Notes under the pieces: model-generated | What the model was told of the DNA's origin: nothing | The model's database searches: none | The model's input: the letters and a program-made list of their open reading frames with translations, nothing else | Shown here: positions 7,276 to 19,985 of the stretch, piece after piece | Layout: each line of letters opens with the position of its first letter | Numbering within the stretch: the stretch's first letter is position 1 | Origin: Acidobacteriota bacterium | GTDB taxonomy: Bacteria; Acidobacteriota; Thermoanaerobaculia; Multivoradales; JAHEKO01 | Direction of reading: 5' to 3' | Length of the DNA: 64,000 bases | Assembly (NCBI GenBank): GCA_029862975.1 | Contig: JAOTWP010000004.1 | Location: 7,392 to 71,391, forward strand | Position numbers and translations under genes: made by a program

Positions 7276-8028
7276 TCAACCCACGCTCGTGAGCTGCTCC
7301 TGGAGCCAGCGGTAGGACTCGATGCCCCGGTAGTCCGTCAGATCGAGATGCAGCGGCGTGATCGAGACGTAGCCCTCCGCCACGGCGTCCTGATCCGAGC
7401 CCTCGCTCTCGTCCCACACCGGCTTGCCGGCGATCCAGTAATACTCCCGTCCCTGCGGGTCGAGCTTCTGCACCACCGACTGCTGGTAGCGGCGGCGGCC
7501 GAGCTTGGTGAGCCGGACGCCGTGCGGCTCGGAGGCGGGAAAGTTGACGTTGAGCAGCAGGTCCTCGGGGAGCTCGTTGCGCAGGAGCACCTCGACGAGC
7601 CCGGCCGCGAAGTCGGCGCTGCGCTCGAACGAGAACGACTTCGCGACCTCCTGGCTGAAGGCTACCGAGGGGATGCCCATGAGCGTCCCTTCGAAGGTCG
7701 CGCTGACCGTGCCCGAGTAGGTCACGTCGTCCCCCAGGTTGAGCCCGAAGTTGATTCCCGAGACCACCAGCTCCGGGGGCGTGTCCTTGAGCAGCCACAA
7801 GAGGCCCAGGCTCACGCAGTCCGTGGGCGTGCCGTCGACCGAGTAGACGCCGTCGCCGATCTCGCGCAGGCGCAGGGGGCGATGCAGCGTCAGCGCGTGC
7901 CCCATGGCGCTCTGCTCGCGGTCCGGAGCGACGACGGTCACCTCGGCCAGCGGCCGCAGCCTGGCCGCGAGGAGCTTGATCCCCTCCGAGAACACGCCGT
8001 CGTCGTTGGTCACGAGAATGCGGGTCAC
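7276..8028 (-). CDS. surE: 5'/3'-nucleotidase SurE
   Basis: MTRILVTNDDGVFSEGIKLL N-terminus, 250 aa. Conserved surE-pcm adjacency. Confidence 0.9.
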   Translation of the reverse strand: MTRILVTNDDGVFSEGIKLLAARLRPLAEVTVVAPDREQSAMGHALTLHRPLRLREIGDGVYSVDGTPTDCVSLGLLWLLKDTPPELVVSGINFGLNLGDDVTYSGTVSATFEGTLMGIPSVAFSQEVAKSFSFERSADFAAGLVEVLLRNELPEDLLLNVNFPASEPHGVRLTKLGRRRYQQSVVQKLDPQGREYYWIAGKPVWDESEGSDQDAVAEGYVSITPLHLDLTDYRGIESYRWLQEQLTSVG

Positions 8029-8918
8029 GAGCCGCCTCCCTTTACGTCCCCGCCGGCGGGGAGGTACTTCCCGACGATCGGCGCCAGCCGCTCACGGGCC
8101 GCCGCCGAGACCGCGGCGGGGTCGGAGATCAGCGCGTAGCGCAGGCTCCCGGCCCACGGGCAGGGCGCGGCCGGGTCGATGTCGCGAACGGCCCGGCGCA
8201 CGATGTCCTGCGCCATCGCCGCGTTGCGATGCAGCACCTCGAGCACCCCGACCACCTCGACGTCGTCCTCCTCCTCGTGCCAGCAATCGTAGTCGGTGAC
8301 CATGGCGAGCGTCGCGTAGGACATCTCCGCCTCGCGGGCCAGCTTCGCCTCCTGCAGGTTCGTCATGCCGATGACGTCGACCCCCCACTGCCGGTAGATT
8401 CGCGACTCGGCCCGGGTCGAGAACTGCGGCCCCTCCATGCACAGGTAGGTGCCGCCGTCGTGCGTGGTGGCCCCGGCGCCGCGGGCCGCCGCGAGGAGGA
8501 TCTCGCGCAGCTCTTTGCACACCGGGTCGGCCATCGACACGTGGGCCACGATGCCGTCTCCGAAGAAGGTGTCGGCGCGGTGGCGCGTCCGGTCGAAGAA
8601 CTGGTCGGGCACGACGACGTGGGTCGGCTCGTAGCGGGCCTTCATGGAGCCCACGGCGCTGACCGAGAGCAGCCACTCGACCCCGAGCACCTTGAACCCG
8701 TAGACGTTCGCCCGGAAGTTGAGCTCCGAGGGCATGAGGCGATGGCCGCGGCCGTGCCGGGCCAGGAACGCCACCCGGCGCCCCTCGAGATCGCCGATGA
8801 CGTAGGGATCCGAGGGCGCGCCGAACGGCGTCTCGATCACCCGCTCGTCGACGATCTCGAGGTCCCCCATCGCGTAGAGGCCGCTGCCGCCGATCACTCC
8901 GATCTTCACCTCGCTCAC
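8025..8918 (-). CDS. mtnP: S-methyl-5'-thioadenosine phosphorylase
   Basis: 297 aa. IGVIGGSGLY, FLARHGRGH and VIGMTNLQEAKLAREAEMSYA are typical of the MTAP/PNP family. Confidence 0.85.
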   Translation of the reverse strand: MSEVKIGVIGGSGLYAMGDLEIVDERVIETPFGAPSDPYVIGDLEGRRVAFLARHGRGHRLMPSELNFRANVYGFKVLGVEWLLSVSAVGSMKARYEPTHVVVPDQFFDRTRHRADTFFGDGIVAHVSMADPVCKELREILLAAARGAGATTHDGGTYLCMEGPQFSTRAESRIYRQWGVDVIGMTNLQEAKLAREAEMSYATLAMVTDYDCWHEEEDDVEVVGVLEVLHRNAAMAQDIVRRAVRDIDPAAPCPWAGSLRYALISDPAAVSAAARERLAPIVGKYLPAGGDVKGGGS

Positions 8919-9907
8919 GGACTCCCCTCCCCCCTCCGGGCCTCGATCGCGGAGCGGATCTCGAGCGCCGTGGCCAGTGCCCTTCTCCCCTGGACGCCGT
9001 CGACCAGGGGAACGCTCTCGCCGCGACAGGCGGCGAGAAAGTGGCGCAGCTCGACCTTCAGCGGCTCCGCCGGCTCCACCGGCAGGACCAGGGGCCGGAT
9101 CGCCCGGTCGCCGCCGTCTCCCACCAGCTCGTAGCCCTGAATCGACTGCGCGTGATAGTCGAGCGAGTAGTAGCTGCGGTGCAGGAAGACCCGCAGCCGC
9201 CGGGTCTGCTCGGCCGAGACCCGCGAGGCGGTGAGATTGGCGACGCAGCCGGATTCGAACTCGAGGCGGACGTTGGCGATGTCGATGCGCTCGGAGAGCA
9301 CCCGGACCCCGGTCGCCCGGACCTCGCGGATCGCCGAACGGTCGATCGCCTGCAGGATCTGCAGGTCGTGGATCATGAGGTCGAGAACGACGTCGACGTC
9401 GAGGCTGCGGGGCTTGAAGACGGCCATGCGCTCGATCTCGACGTAGCCCGGCAGCTCCCCCACGGCCATCAGGGCCTGGACCGCCGGGTTGTAGAACTCG
9501 ACGTGCCCCACGGCGAGCACCCGGTCGCCGGCCGCGGCGACGAGGGCGTCCGCCTCCCCGAGACCGGGCGCGATCGGCTTCTCCACGAGCACGTGGAGCC
9601 CGGCCGCGAGCAGGGGCATCGCCACGGCGTGATGGTCGACCGTGGGCACGGCGACGACGACCGCCTCCGCCCGCCCGGCCAGCTCCGCGGCCGTGGGCAG
9701 CGCGACGGTTCCGTGCTCCGCGGCCAGCTGCCGAGCCACGTCGGCGCGCAGGTCGACGATGCCGACGAGGTCCGCCTCGGGCAGCTCCGCGAGGATCCTC
9801 ACGTGGTGCCGTCCCAGCGCCCCGGTACCGACGACGCCGACCCGCAGCGGCGCCACCGACGCGGCTGCTACCGCCTCGGCTGCCACGGACTCAGCTGCCA
9901 CCGCCAC
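8915..9907 (-). CDS. Gfo/Idh/MocA family NAD-dependent oxidoreductase (GnnA-like position in the lpx cluster)
   Basis: LRVGVVGTGALGRHH Rossmann N-terminus and VLVEKPIA motif. The start may instead be the GTG at 9856, which would remove the Ala-rich extension and the 17-nt overlap with lpxA. Confidence 0.75.
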   Translation of the reverse strand: MAVAAESVAAEAVAAASVAPLRVGVVGTGALGRHHVRILAELPEADLVGIVDLRADVARQLAAEHGTVALPTAAELAGRAEAVVVAVPTVDHHAVAMPLLAAGLHVLVEKPIAPGLGEADALVAAAGDRVLAVGHVEFYNPAVQALMAVGELPGYVEIERMAVFKPRSLDVDVVLDLMIHDLQILQAIDRSAIREVRATGVRVLSERIDIANVRLEFESGCVANLTASRVSAEQTRRLRVFLHRSYYSLDYHAQSIQGYELVGDGGDRAIRPLVLPVEPAEPLKVELRHFLAACRGESVPLVDGVQGRRALATALEIRSAIEARRGEGSP

Positions 9908-10712
9908 CTCGGGTCCGCCGGCTGCCAGGCGGGATCCTGATGACGCCGCGCTCGCTCGCGGCGACGAACGCGACGAGCTCGTCGACCTCGGGGCAGCCCC
10001 CGTGCTCCGCGCGCATCTTCTCGAGCGCGTGCGCGGGCGCGAGGCCGCCCCTCACGAGCACCCGGAGCGCCGCCGCCAGGCGCGCGATCGTCTCGCGGTC
10101 GAAGCCCTTGCGCTCGAGGCCGATCGTGTTGATGCCGTAGACCGCGGGCCGGTGGCCGACCGTCTTGACGAAGGGCAGCGCGTCCTGGGTGATCACCGAA
10201 TAGCCGCCGATGTAGGCGTGCCGGCCGACCCGGCAGAACTGGTGCACGGCGCTGAAGGCGCCGATCACGGCGTCGTCCTGGACCTCGACGTGGCCCGCCA
10301 GGGTCCCGCCGTTGCTGAAGATCGTGCGGTCGCCGACGTGGCAGTCGTGGGCGACGTGCGAGTAGGCCATGAAGAGGTTGTCGTCGCCGATGGTGGTCAC
10401 GCCGCCGCCCTTGCCGGTGCCCCGGTGCACCGTACAGAACTCGCGGAAGGCGTTGCGGTCCCCGACCTCGAGCCGGGTGGTCTCGCCGCCGAACTTCAGG
10501 TCCTGGGGCTCGAAGCCTACGCACGCCAGGGCGAAGACGCGGTTCTCGCGGCCCATCACGGCCGGGCCCATCACCTGGGCCGCCGCCCCGATCTCGGTGT
10601 CCTCGCCGAGCACCACGCCGGGACCGACGATCGCGTGAGCCCCGACCCGCACCCCGGCGGCCAGCTCGGCCTTCGGATCCACGATCGCCGTCGGGTGAAT
10701 GAGACCGCTCAT
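9891..10712 (-). CDS. lpxA: acyl-ACP--UDP-N-acetylglucosamine O-acyltransferase
   Basis: 273 aa. MSGLIHPTAIVDP start, hexapeptide repeats, and a C-terminal helical domain (INTIGLERKGF...). Confidence 0.9.
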   Translation of the reverse strand: MSGLIHPTAIVDPKAELAAGVRVGAHAIVGPGVVLGEDTEIGAAAQVMGPAVMGRENRVFALACVGFEPQDLKFGGETTRLEVGDRNAFREFCTVHRGTGKGGGVTTIGDDNLFMAYSHVAHDCHVGDRTIFSNGGTLAGHVEVQDDAVIGAFSAVHQFCRVGRHAYIGGYSVITQDALPFVKTVGHRPAVYGINTIGLERKGFDRETIARLAAALRVLVRGGLAPAHALEKMRAEHGGCPEVDELVAFVAASERGVIRIPPGSRRTRGGGGS

Positions 10713-10731
10713 CGCACCAGCCCGCTCGCCG

Positions 10732-11178
10732 CTAGCGGTCGACGAGCGCCGAGGCCATGGTGGCCTCGGCCGCCAGTTGGCCGTCGACCCTGGCCTCGCC
10801 GCGCAGCTTGCAGTAGGTGTCGCGCAGGCGCAGGATCTCGATCTCGTAGTCCAGGCGGTCGCCAGGGACGACGGGCCGGCGGAAGCGCGCCCGGTCGATC
10901 CCCGTGAAGTACATCAGCTTGCCGTCGCTCTCCTGCCGATCGTGGAGGGTCAGGATCCCGGCCGCCTGGGCCATCCCCTCGATGATCATGACCCCCGGCA
11001 TCACCGGATGGCCCGGGAAGTGGCCGTTGAAGAAGTCCTCGTTGGCGGTCACGTTCTTGTAGGCCCGGATGCGCCGCCCGGGCTCGATCTCCAGCACCCG
11101 GTCGACCAGCAGGAACGGATACCGGTGCGGCAGCACGGAGGTGATCCAGCGGATGTCGTATTCGTTCTCGTCGCTCAC
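10732..11178 (-). CDS. fabZ: 3-hydroxyacyl-ACP dehydratase FabZ
   Basis: [13 protein letters not shown] and [15 protein letters not shown] motifs. GTG at 11178 overlaps the lpxD stop (GTGA). The track ORF's N-terminal extension is discarded. Confidence 0.9.
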   Translation of the reverse strand: MSDENEYDIRWITSVLPHRYPFLLVDRVLEIEPGRRIRAYKNVTANEDFFNGHFPGHPVMPGVMIIEGMAQAAGILTLHDRQESDGKLMYFTGIDRARFRRPVVPGDRLDYEIEILRLRDTYCKLRGEARVDGQLAAEATMASALVDR

Positions 11179-12224
11179 TCTTCTTCCTCGCCCCGGCCGT
11201 CGCCCGTCACCCGCCGCCGCGCCGCGCGCTCCAGCTCGAGGAGCCGGGCGCGCAGCTCGCCCAGCCGCCCCACCAGGGCCTGCTGACGGCGCCACTTCGC
11301 CAGATCCGTCGCCGGAATGCCCGCCACCCGGCGGCCCTTCTCGACGGCCTGCAGCACCGCCGACTTGGTGGCAACCACCACGCCGTCTCCGATCTCGACG
11401 TGGCCGATGATACCCGACTGGGCGGCCACCGTGACCCGGTCGCCGAGGCGAGCGCTGCCGGCGAGACCCGCCTGCGCCGCGAGCAGGCTGTGGCGGCCGA
11501 CCCGCGCGTTGTGGCCGACCATCACGAGATCGTCGATCTTGGTGCCCGCGCCGATCGTCGTGTCGCCCAGAAGCCCTCGATCGACGGCCGAGTTGGCCCC
11601 GATCTCGACGTCGTCCTCGAGGACGGCGCGGCCCAGGTGCCGCAGCTTGTGGTGCCGGCCGCCGCTGGTGGCGAAGCCGTAGCCGTCGCCGCCGACGACG
11701 ACCCCCGAGTGCAGGATGCAGCGCGACCCGACGACGCTCCTGGCGTAGAGGGTGACCCGTGCGTGCAGGAGGCAGTCGTCCCCGACCGAGCAGTCGTCGC
11801 CGACCACGGTGTGCGGCCCGAGGACGCAGCGCTCGCCGATCGTGGCGCGCTCGCCGACGACGCAGTAGGGGCCTACGCTGGCCGTCGCGGCGACCGCGGC
11901 GCCCGCCGCCACGACGGCCGTGGGATGGACCCCCGGCGCGGGGCCGGACGGCGGCGCGAAGAGCTCGAGCAGCCTGGCCAGCGCGAGGTAGGGCTCCGCG
12001 ACGACGATGAGGTCCCCCTCGAGCCTGGCGGCGGCGTCGCCGCCGACGAGGAGGGCTCCCGCCTTGCTGGCGAGGGCGTCGCGGAAATAGCGGGCGCTGG
12101 TGAGAAAGGAGAGATCCCCCGGGCCGGCGGCCTCCAGGGTGGCGAGCCGGCGCACGACGCGCGCCGGGTCGCCCCGGACCTCGCCGCCGAGCAGGCCGGC
12201 GAGCTCGCCCAGGGTCCGCCTCAA
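11175..12224 (-). CDS. lpxD: UDP-3-O-acylglucosamine N-acyltransferase
   Basis: TTG at 12224 gives [19 protein letters not shown], a typical LpxD N-terminus, followed by hexapeptide repeats. The upstream part of track ORF 11175..12740 overlaps skp and is rejected. Confidence 0.85.
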   Translation of the reverse strand: MRRTLGELAGLLGGEVRGDPARVVRRLATLEAAGPGDLSFLTSARYFRDALASKAGALLVGGDAAARLEGDLIVVAEPYLALARLLELFAPPSGPAPGVHPTAVVAAGAAVAATASVGPYCVVGERATIGERCVLGPHTVVGDDCSVGDDCLLHARVTLYARSVVGSRCILHSGVVVGGDGYGFATSGGRHHKLRHLGRAVLEDDVEIGANSAVDRGLLGDTTIGAGTKIDDLVMVGHNARVGRHSLLAAQAGLAGSARLGDRVTVAAQSGIIGHVEIGDGVVVATKSAVLQAVEKGRRVAGIPATDLAKWRRQQALVGRLGELRARLLELERAARRRVTGDGRGEEEE

Positions 12225-12229
12225 GCTCC

Positions 12230-12796
12230 CTAGCCTTCCGGGAGCGCGTTGAAGCGCTCCAGGACCTTGTCCGTGATGTCGGCCCCGGGCGCGGCGAACA
12301 GGAGGCCGCTCTCCTCGAACTTGTTGAAGATCAGGGTGAAGCCCTCGCTCTCCCCGATCTCCTGGATCAGGGGCATGACCCGGTCCTCGATCGTCTTGAA
12401 CTCCTCCGTCTGCAGCTCCTCGATCTCGCGCCGCGCATCGTCCTGCGCCCGGCGCAGCTCGATCGCCCGCCGCTGCAGGTCGGCCTCGATCTCCTGCTGC
12501 TTGTCTTCGGACAGCGAGAGCCGCCTCGCCTCGAGGTCTTGCTCGATCGCCACGGCCGCGTCCCCCTGGGCCTCGAGCGCGTCCTGCTTCGCCTTTGCCG
12601 CCACCCGCAGCCGCTCGATCGCCGCGCGGCCCGACTCCGACTCGGTGAGAATCCGCCGCACGTCGATGACGGCGACCTTGCTGGGCCCGGAGGAGAACTC
12701 CTGCGCCGGCAGCGCCCCCGCTCCCCACACGCCGAGCCACAAGACCGCGGCGATGACGGCGACACGGCCCTGGGCCGGTCGTTCGATTGCGTTCAT
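12230..12796 (-). CDS. skp: OmpH/Skp family periplasmic chaperone
   Basis: ATG at 12796, signal-like [21 protein letters not shown], and a coiled, charged body. Sits between bamA and lpxD, as is conserved. Confidence 0.8.
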   Translation of the reverse strand: MNAIERPAQGRVAVIAAVLWLGVWGAGALPAQEFSSGPSKVAVIDVRRILTESESGRAAIERLRVAAKAKQDALEAQGDAAVAIEQDLEARRLSLSEDKQQEIEADLQRRAIELRRAQDDARREIEELQTEEFKTIEDRVMPLIQEIGESEGFTLIFNKFEESGLLFAAPGADITDKVLERFNALPEG

Positions 12797-12902
12797 GACT
12801 TCCAGTTCCTCCAGTGGTTTTCCAGTGTTGCTCGAAGCGTTTCCCCGGGCGGCGATCCCAGACCGGTTCCCGGCATGGTATCCCCTCGCGAGCCGGCGAT
12901 CC

Positions 12903-15281
12903 TCAGAAGCCGGCCCCGACGCTGAATCGGAACGAGTCGAAGCGGTCGTCGGCGAAGGCATCGAGATTCTGCGCCCAGATGAACCGCAGCGGCGCCCCGA
13001 ACGCCGCGATGTTGACGCGCAGCTCGAAGCCCGACGTCCGCCGCAGATCCTCCAACGAGATCGTCTGGTCCTTGGCGAACACGTTGGCGGCGTCGAGGAA
13101 GGCGAGCAGCCGGAACGGCCCGCCGAGCAGCAGCTGATACTCGAAGTTCAGCTGCAGGAAGGAGTCGCCGCCGATCGGGAAGCCCTGCTGGTCGACCCGC
13201 GTCCTGCCGTCCTTCTCGCGCACCCAGATGGAGCGGAACCGGTGCCCGCGGAGCGTCGACTCGCCGCCCAGGTAGAAGCGGTCGTTGTAGAAGAGGTCTT
13301 CGCCGCCGAAGGGCTCGATGAAGCCCGTCTCCACGTTGACCGCGGCCACCGTCGTGAAGCGGGTGCTCGTCACCGGCTTGAACAGGCTGAAGGCGGCGCG
13401 CGGCCGCACGAAGTTCGAGCTGCCGCCGAGGACGCCCCCCGCGTAGTCGACGCTGGCCTGGTAGCGCATCCCGCGGGTCGGCGTGAGGATGCTGTCGCGC
13501 CGATCGAGGCCGTAGAGGAGCCGCATGGTCGAGACGTCGCGGGAGAACGACTGCGTCACGAGCTCGTTCAGGCCGTCGAACTGGCTGCGCTCGTCGATCG
13601 AATCGAAGCGGGTGTAGCTGGCGGAGAGGGTCGTGAACAGCGTGAGGCGGCGCCCGTAGGTCAGGGTTCCGCCCTTCGTGTCCTGGAAGAAGTTCTGGCC
13701 GTCGAGCAGCTCGTAGTCGAGCTTGCGCTGGAAGACCTGCACGCCCAGGTTCTGCGGCCGGTCGAGCCACCAGGGAATGCTGTAGGACAGGTCGAAGACG
13801 TCCTGCCGGCGGCCCGACTGGAGCGAGACGGCGACCGTCTCGCCGCGGCCCAGGAAGTTCCTCGTCCGGAACTGGAGCTGCCCGAAGAAGCCGTCGACCT
13901 CGCTGAAGCCGCCGCCGAAGAGGAGCTCCGTCCGGGACCCCTCCTCGCCCTTGAGGAGCAAGTCCACGCTCTTCTTCTCGCTGTCGAAGTCGAAGGCCAC
14001 CGGCTCGTCTTCGTTGATCTTGAAGAACTCGAGCTGGCGAATCCGCAGGATCGAGTTGCGCAGGGCGCCGGAGCTCAGGATCCGGCCTTCCTGCACTCCC
14101 AGCTCGCGCCGGATCACCTTGTCCTTCGTCTTGACGTTGCCCTGGAACTCGATCCGCCCCACCCGGTACTGATCGCCCTCGTCGACCTTGACGATCAGAT
14201 CGGCCACCTCGCCGTCGCGCTCGACGAGCTCGGAATCGACGCGGGCGAAGAGGAAGCCCGTGTTGCGGTAGACCTCGCCGACGGCCTCGATGCCCTTGTC
14301 GATGACGCTCGAGCGCAGCCAGCCGCCCTTGGGCTTCTCGAACTGGCCCAGGAGCAGCTCGTCGCTGAACTTCTCGTTGCCCTGGATGGTGATCTCGCCC
14401 AGCTTCCAGCGCTGACCCTCCTCCACGGGGACCGTGATCACCATGCGGCGCTGCTGCTCCTTGGAGGTCGCGGCCTCCGGCCGCATCGCCTTGATCTCGA
14501 TCTTGGGATCGCCGATCACGAGGTTCTTGTAGCCCGCCTTCCGGTAGACGGTGCGCACGTTGTCGAGATCCGTCTCGAACTTCGCTTCCTCGAACACGTC
14601 CTTCGAGAGCAGCTTGGTGACGAAGCCGCTCTCCTTCGTCTTCTTCATGGCCCAGCGCAGGCGCCCGTCGGAGAACACCGTGTTGCCCTCGAAGTCGATG
14701 TCCTCGATCCGGACCTTGTCGCCCTCGTCGACGGTGAAGGTGACCCGCTTGTCGCCGCTGAGATCCTCGTCGACGACGTACTCGGCCTCGGCCAGCCGGT
14801 AGCCGTGCTCGGCGTAGAGCTCCTCGATCGCCGCCTTCAGCCGGTAGAGCTCGCCCTCGCTCAGCGGGTCGCCCTCGCGCGCCCGGATCGCGTCACGGGT
14901 GATCCGGTCGTTGATGTCCGAGCGCTGGAGCCGCTTGAGACCCTGGTACTCGACGGCTCCGAGAGTCGGCCGCTCGACGATCGCCACGCGCATGCTCACG
15001 CCGCCGGGCGCCGCCTCCGTCGCGATCGTGATGTCGTCGATCAGATCGCGCGACCACAGCAGGTGCACCTTCGCGTTGAGCGACTCCGCGGTCACCGACG
15101 CGCCCTCCTCGAGCCCGAGGTAGAAGCGCAGGGTCTGCTCGCTCAAGGTCTTCAGGCCCTCGAACGCGAGCTCCACGACCGGCTGCCCCTCGTAGCTCTG
15201 GGCGGCCGCGGGAGCGGCCGGGGCCAGCGTGCCGATGAGGCAGGCCGCGGCCAAAGCTGCACTCGCGGTGAAGGTCTTCAT
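12903..15281 (-). CDS. bamA: outer membrane protein assembly factor BamA
   Basis: POTRA-like repeats then a C-terminal beta-barrel ending ...FRFSVGAGF. Start chosen at MKTFTASAALAAACLIG (signal peptide) rather than the track ATG at 15335. Confidence 0.9.
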   Translation of the reverse strand: MKTFTASAALAAACLIGTLAPAAPAAAQSYEGQPVVELAFEGLKTLSEQTLRFYLGLEEGASVTAESLNAKVHLLWSRDLIDDITIATEAAPGGVSMRVAIVERPTLGAVEYQGLKRLQRSDINDRITRDAIRAREGDPLSEGELYRLKAAIEELYAEHGYRLAEAEYVVDEDLSGDKRVTFTVDEGDKVRIEDIDFEGNTVFSDGRLRWAMKKTKESGFVTKLLSKDVFEEAKFETDLDNVRTVYRKAGYKNLVIGDPKIEIKAMRPEAATSKEQQRRMVITVPVEEGQRWKLGEITIQGNEKFSDELLLGQFEKPKGGWLRSSVIDKGIEAVGEVYRNTGFLFARVDSELVERDGEVADLIVKVDEGDQYRVGRIEFQGNVKTKDKVIRRELGVQEGRILSSGALRNSILRIRQLEFFKINEDEPVAFDFDSEKKSVDLLLKGEEGSRTELLFGGGFSEVDGFFGQLQFRTRNFLGRGETVAVSLQSGRRQDVFDLSYSIPWWLDRPQNLGVQVFQRKLDYELLDGQNFFQDTKGGTLTYGRRLTLFTTLSASYTRFDSIDERSQFDGLNELVTQSFSRDVSTMRLLYGLDRRDSILTPTRGMRYQASVDYAGGVLGGSSNFVRPRAAFSLFKPVTSTRFTTVAAVNVETGFIEPFGGEDLFYNDRFYLGGESTLRGHRFRSIWVREKDGRTRVDQQGFPIGGDSFLQLNFEYQLLLGGPFRLLAFLDAANVFAKDQTISLEDLRRTSGFELRVNIAAFGAPLRFIWAQNLDAFADDRFDSFRFSVGAGF

Positions 15282-15377
15282 TCGGGTCGGCTCGGTCGGA
15301 TCGATGAACTCCGGCTGGCGGGCGGGTGCCTGCAAGAACCGGTCCAGATTCCGCGACGGGAGGATACCTGAAGATCG

Positions 15378-17814
<2,437 letters not shown>

Positions 17815-17822
<8 letters not shown>

Positions 17823-18570
17823 GCCTGTCGTCCCGCCCGGACTCGCCTCGCGCGCCCTCGGCTTCCTCGCTGTGATCCTCCCGGCGCGCCTCCTGGAAGG
17901 GGCTCAACCTGCCCGCCGCCAGCTCGAGGACTCTACCACAGCGCCTGGCCAGGCTCGGGTTGTGGGTGACCACCATGGCGGTCGTTCCGTGGCGCGCCTG
18001 GAGCCTCAGCATCAGGTCGAAAACGGCCTCGCCGCTGGCCGGATCGAGACTGCCCGTGGGCTCGTCGGCCAGCAGCAGCGGCGGCTCGAGAAGCAGCGCC
18101 CGGCACAGCGCGACCCGCTGCCGCTCTCCGCCCGAGAGGCTGCCCGGGAAGGCGTCGGCGCGGTCCTCGAGGGCGACCTCCGCCAGCAGCTCGCGGCCGC
18201 GCGCCTCGAGCTCCGCCGTTCCCAGGCCGCGGATCCGGCCGGGAAGGATCACGTTCTCGAGGGCGGTGAAGTCGGCCAGCAGCTCCTGGAACTGGAAGAC
18301 GAAGCCCAGCGTGCGGTTGCGGAAGCGCGCCAGGGCGCCGCCCTCGAGGCCGGCCAGCGCCTCGCCGCCGATCTCCAGGCTCCCCGCGTCCGGGCGGTCG
18401 AGGCCGCCCACGAGGTGCAGGAGGGTGGACTTGCCGCAGCCCGAAGGGCCGACGACGGCGACGAACTCGCCCGCCGCAACGTCGAGATCGACGCCGCGCA
18501 GGACCTCGATCGTCCGCGCTCCGTCGCGGAAGGTCTTGCACAGGCCGCGCGCCGTGACGGCTACGCTCAT
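17815..18570 (-). CDS. lolD: lipoprotein-releasing ABC transporter ATP-binding protein
   Basis: ATG at 18570 overlaps the permease stop (ATGA). GPSGCGKSTLL, LSGGERQRVALCRAL and LLLADEPTGSLD motifs. Confidence 0.85.
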
Positions 18571-19793
18571 CGCCGCAGCGCCTCCACGGGGCGCAGCCGG
18601 GCGGCGCGCCCCGCCGCCCAGATCGCGCAGGCCAGGGTCAGGCCGAGGCTGGCGCCGAGCACGGCGGCCAGATCGAGCGGCCGGATCTCGAAGGGCACGT
18701 GGTCGAGGAAGTAGACCTGGTCCGGCAGCCGCAGCACCTTCCAGCGGCCCAGCGCCCAGGCCGTGCCGGTGCCGAGCGCCAGCCCGGCCAGGCTCCCGGC
18801 GCCCGCCAGGAGCGCCGCGAGCCACAGGAAGACGCCGCGGATGGCGCCGGGGGTGGCGCCCATCGCCCGCAGCATGCCGACCTCGCGCCGTTTGCTGGCC
18901 AGGATCAGCATCAGGCCCGAGACGAGGGCCAGCACGGCGACGACGACGATGAGGAAGACGCCGAGGAACATCAGGCTCTTCTCGAGCCGCAGGGCAAACA
19001 GCAGCGCCCGGTTGAGGTCGCGCCACGTCCTCACGCTCGCGCCCGCGGGCAAGAGCGGGTCGAGCGCCGCCACCACGGCGTCGACCCGGTCCAGCTCGCC
19101 CGAGGACACGAGCAGCTGCAGCCCGCCGCGCCCGATGAGGCTCTCCCCCGCGGCCCAGGGCAGCGCCACGCGATCCTCCGTCTCCGTGCGGCCGCTCTCG
19201 TAGATGCCCGCCACCGGCAGCCGGCGGACCCGCGGCTGCGGGCCGAGCGGGGTCAGCGTGGGACGCGCCGAGGCGACCTCCACGAGATCGCCGGCCGCGA
19301 GGCGCCACTGGCCGGCGAGCGCGCTGCCGAGGTAGAGCCCCTGGGCGCGGCCGGCGACGCCGGAGCCGACGCCCGGGAAGAGGGCCGGCAGCTCACCGTC
19401 GAAGGCGACGAGACGGACCGGCCGGGCGCCGCCGCGGGCCATGAGCCAGCCGCGGCCGATCAGTAGCCGCTGGACCGAGAGCGGGCCCGCCACGCCGGGC
19501 ACCGTCAGCCCCTCGATGCCCGCCACCAGGGCGTCGACGTCGGCCTGCGGTCCCAGCTCGATCTCGATCTCGGGCGTGCGCCCGAGGATCTCGCCGCGCA
19601 GCGCCCCCTGGAACCCGGACAGGGCGGCCAGGGCCACGATCAGCGCCGCGACCCCCAGCGCGATGCAGCACGCCGCCGCCGTCGACAGGAAGCTCACGAA
19701 GGCGTCCTGGCGGGTGCTGCGCAGGTACCGCAAGGCGACCTGGAGCGGCAGCGGGAGCCCGCTCCCCCGCCGCCGGCCGGCGTCGGCGCTCAC
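18567..19793 (-). CDS. LolC/LolE-family (FtsX-like) lipoprotein-release permease; single copy next to lolD
   Basis: LPLQVALRYLRSTRQDAFVSFLS N-terminus, large periplasmic loop, and C-terminal FtsX TM bundle. Start proposed at the in-frame GTG at 19793. Confidence 0.8.
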   Translation of the reverse strand: MSADAGRRRGSGLPLPLQVALRYLRSTRQDAFVSFLSTAAACCIALGVAALIVALAALSGFQGALRGEILGRTPEIEIELGPQADVDALVAGIEGLTVPGVAGPLSVQRLLIGRGWLMARGGARPVRLVAFDGELPALFPGVGSGVAGRAQGLYLGSALAGQWRLAAGDLVEVASARPTLTPLGPQPRVRRLPVAGIYESGRTETEDRVALPWAAGESLIGRGGLQLLVSSGELDRVDAVVAALDPLLPAGASVRTWRDLNRALLFALRLEKSLMFLGVFLIVVVAVLALVSGLMLILASKRREVGMLRAMGATPGAIRGVFLWLAALLAGAGSLAGLALGTGTAWALGRWKVLRLPDQVYFLDHVPFEIRPLDLAAVLGASLGLTLACAIWAAGRAARLRPVEALRR

Positions 19794-19985
19794 CCGCCCC
19801 CCGGCGTCCGCTCTCGGGTCTCGAGCTCCCTCATCTTCCCTTCCCTGGCCGTCTCCGCCGGCGCCGCCCGGCGCCCCGCGCACGATACCCGATTTCCGCG
19901 CCGCGAGGCCGGCCCGATGCCCCGCTCCATGCCCGCCCGCGGAGCTCCGCAACGACGGCGGCGGGGACTGCTACGATACCGGCCG

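Noticed and set aside
12249-15371. Very long antisense or out-of-frame ORFs in the track. Examples: 12249..15371 (+), 15528..17969 (+), 21668..25408 (+), 23706..27167 (-), 30008..32761 (+), 49645..53976 (+), 50306..54322 (-), 59580..61826 (-), 190..1425 (+).
   Set aside because: Each lies opposite or out of frame to a gene with clear family motifs (bamA, clpC, S9/C25 peptidases, HD-GYP, smc, DGC). Their translations are Arg/Ala/Gly/Pro-rich low-complexity strings, typical of stop-poor frames in very GC-rich DNA.
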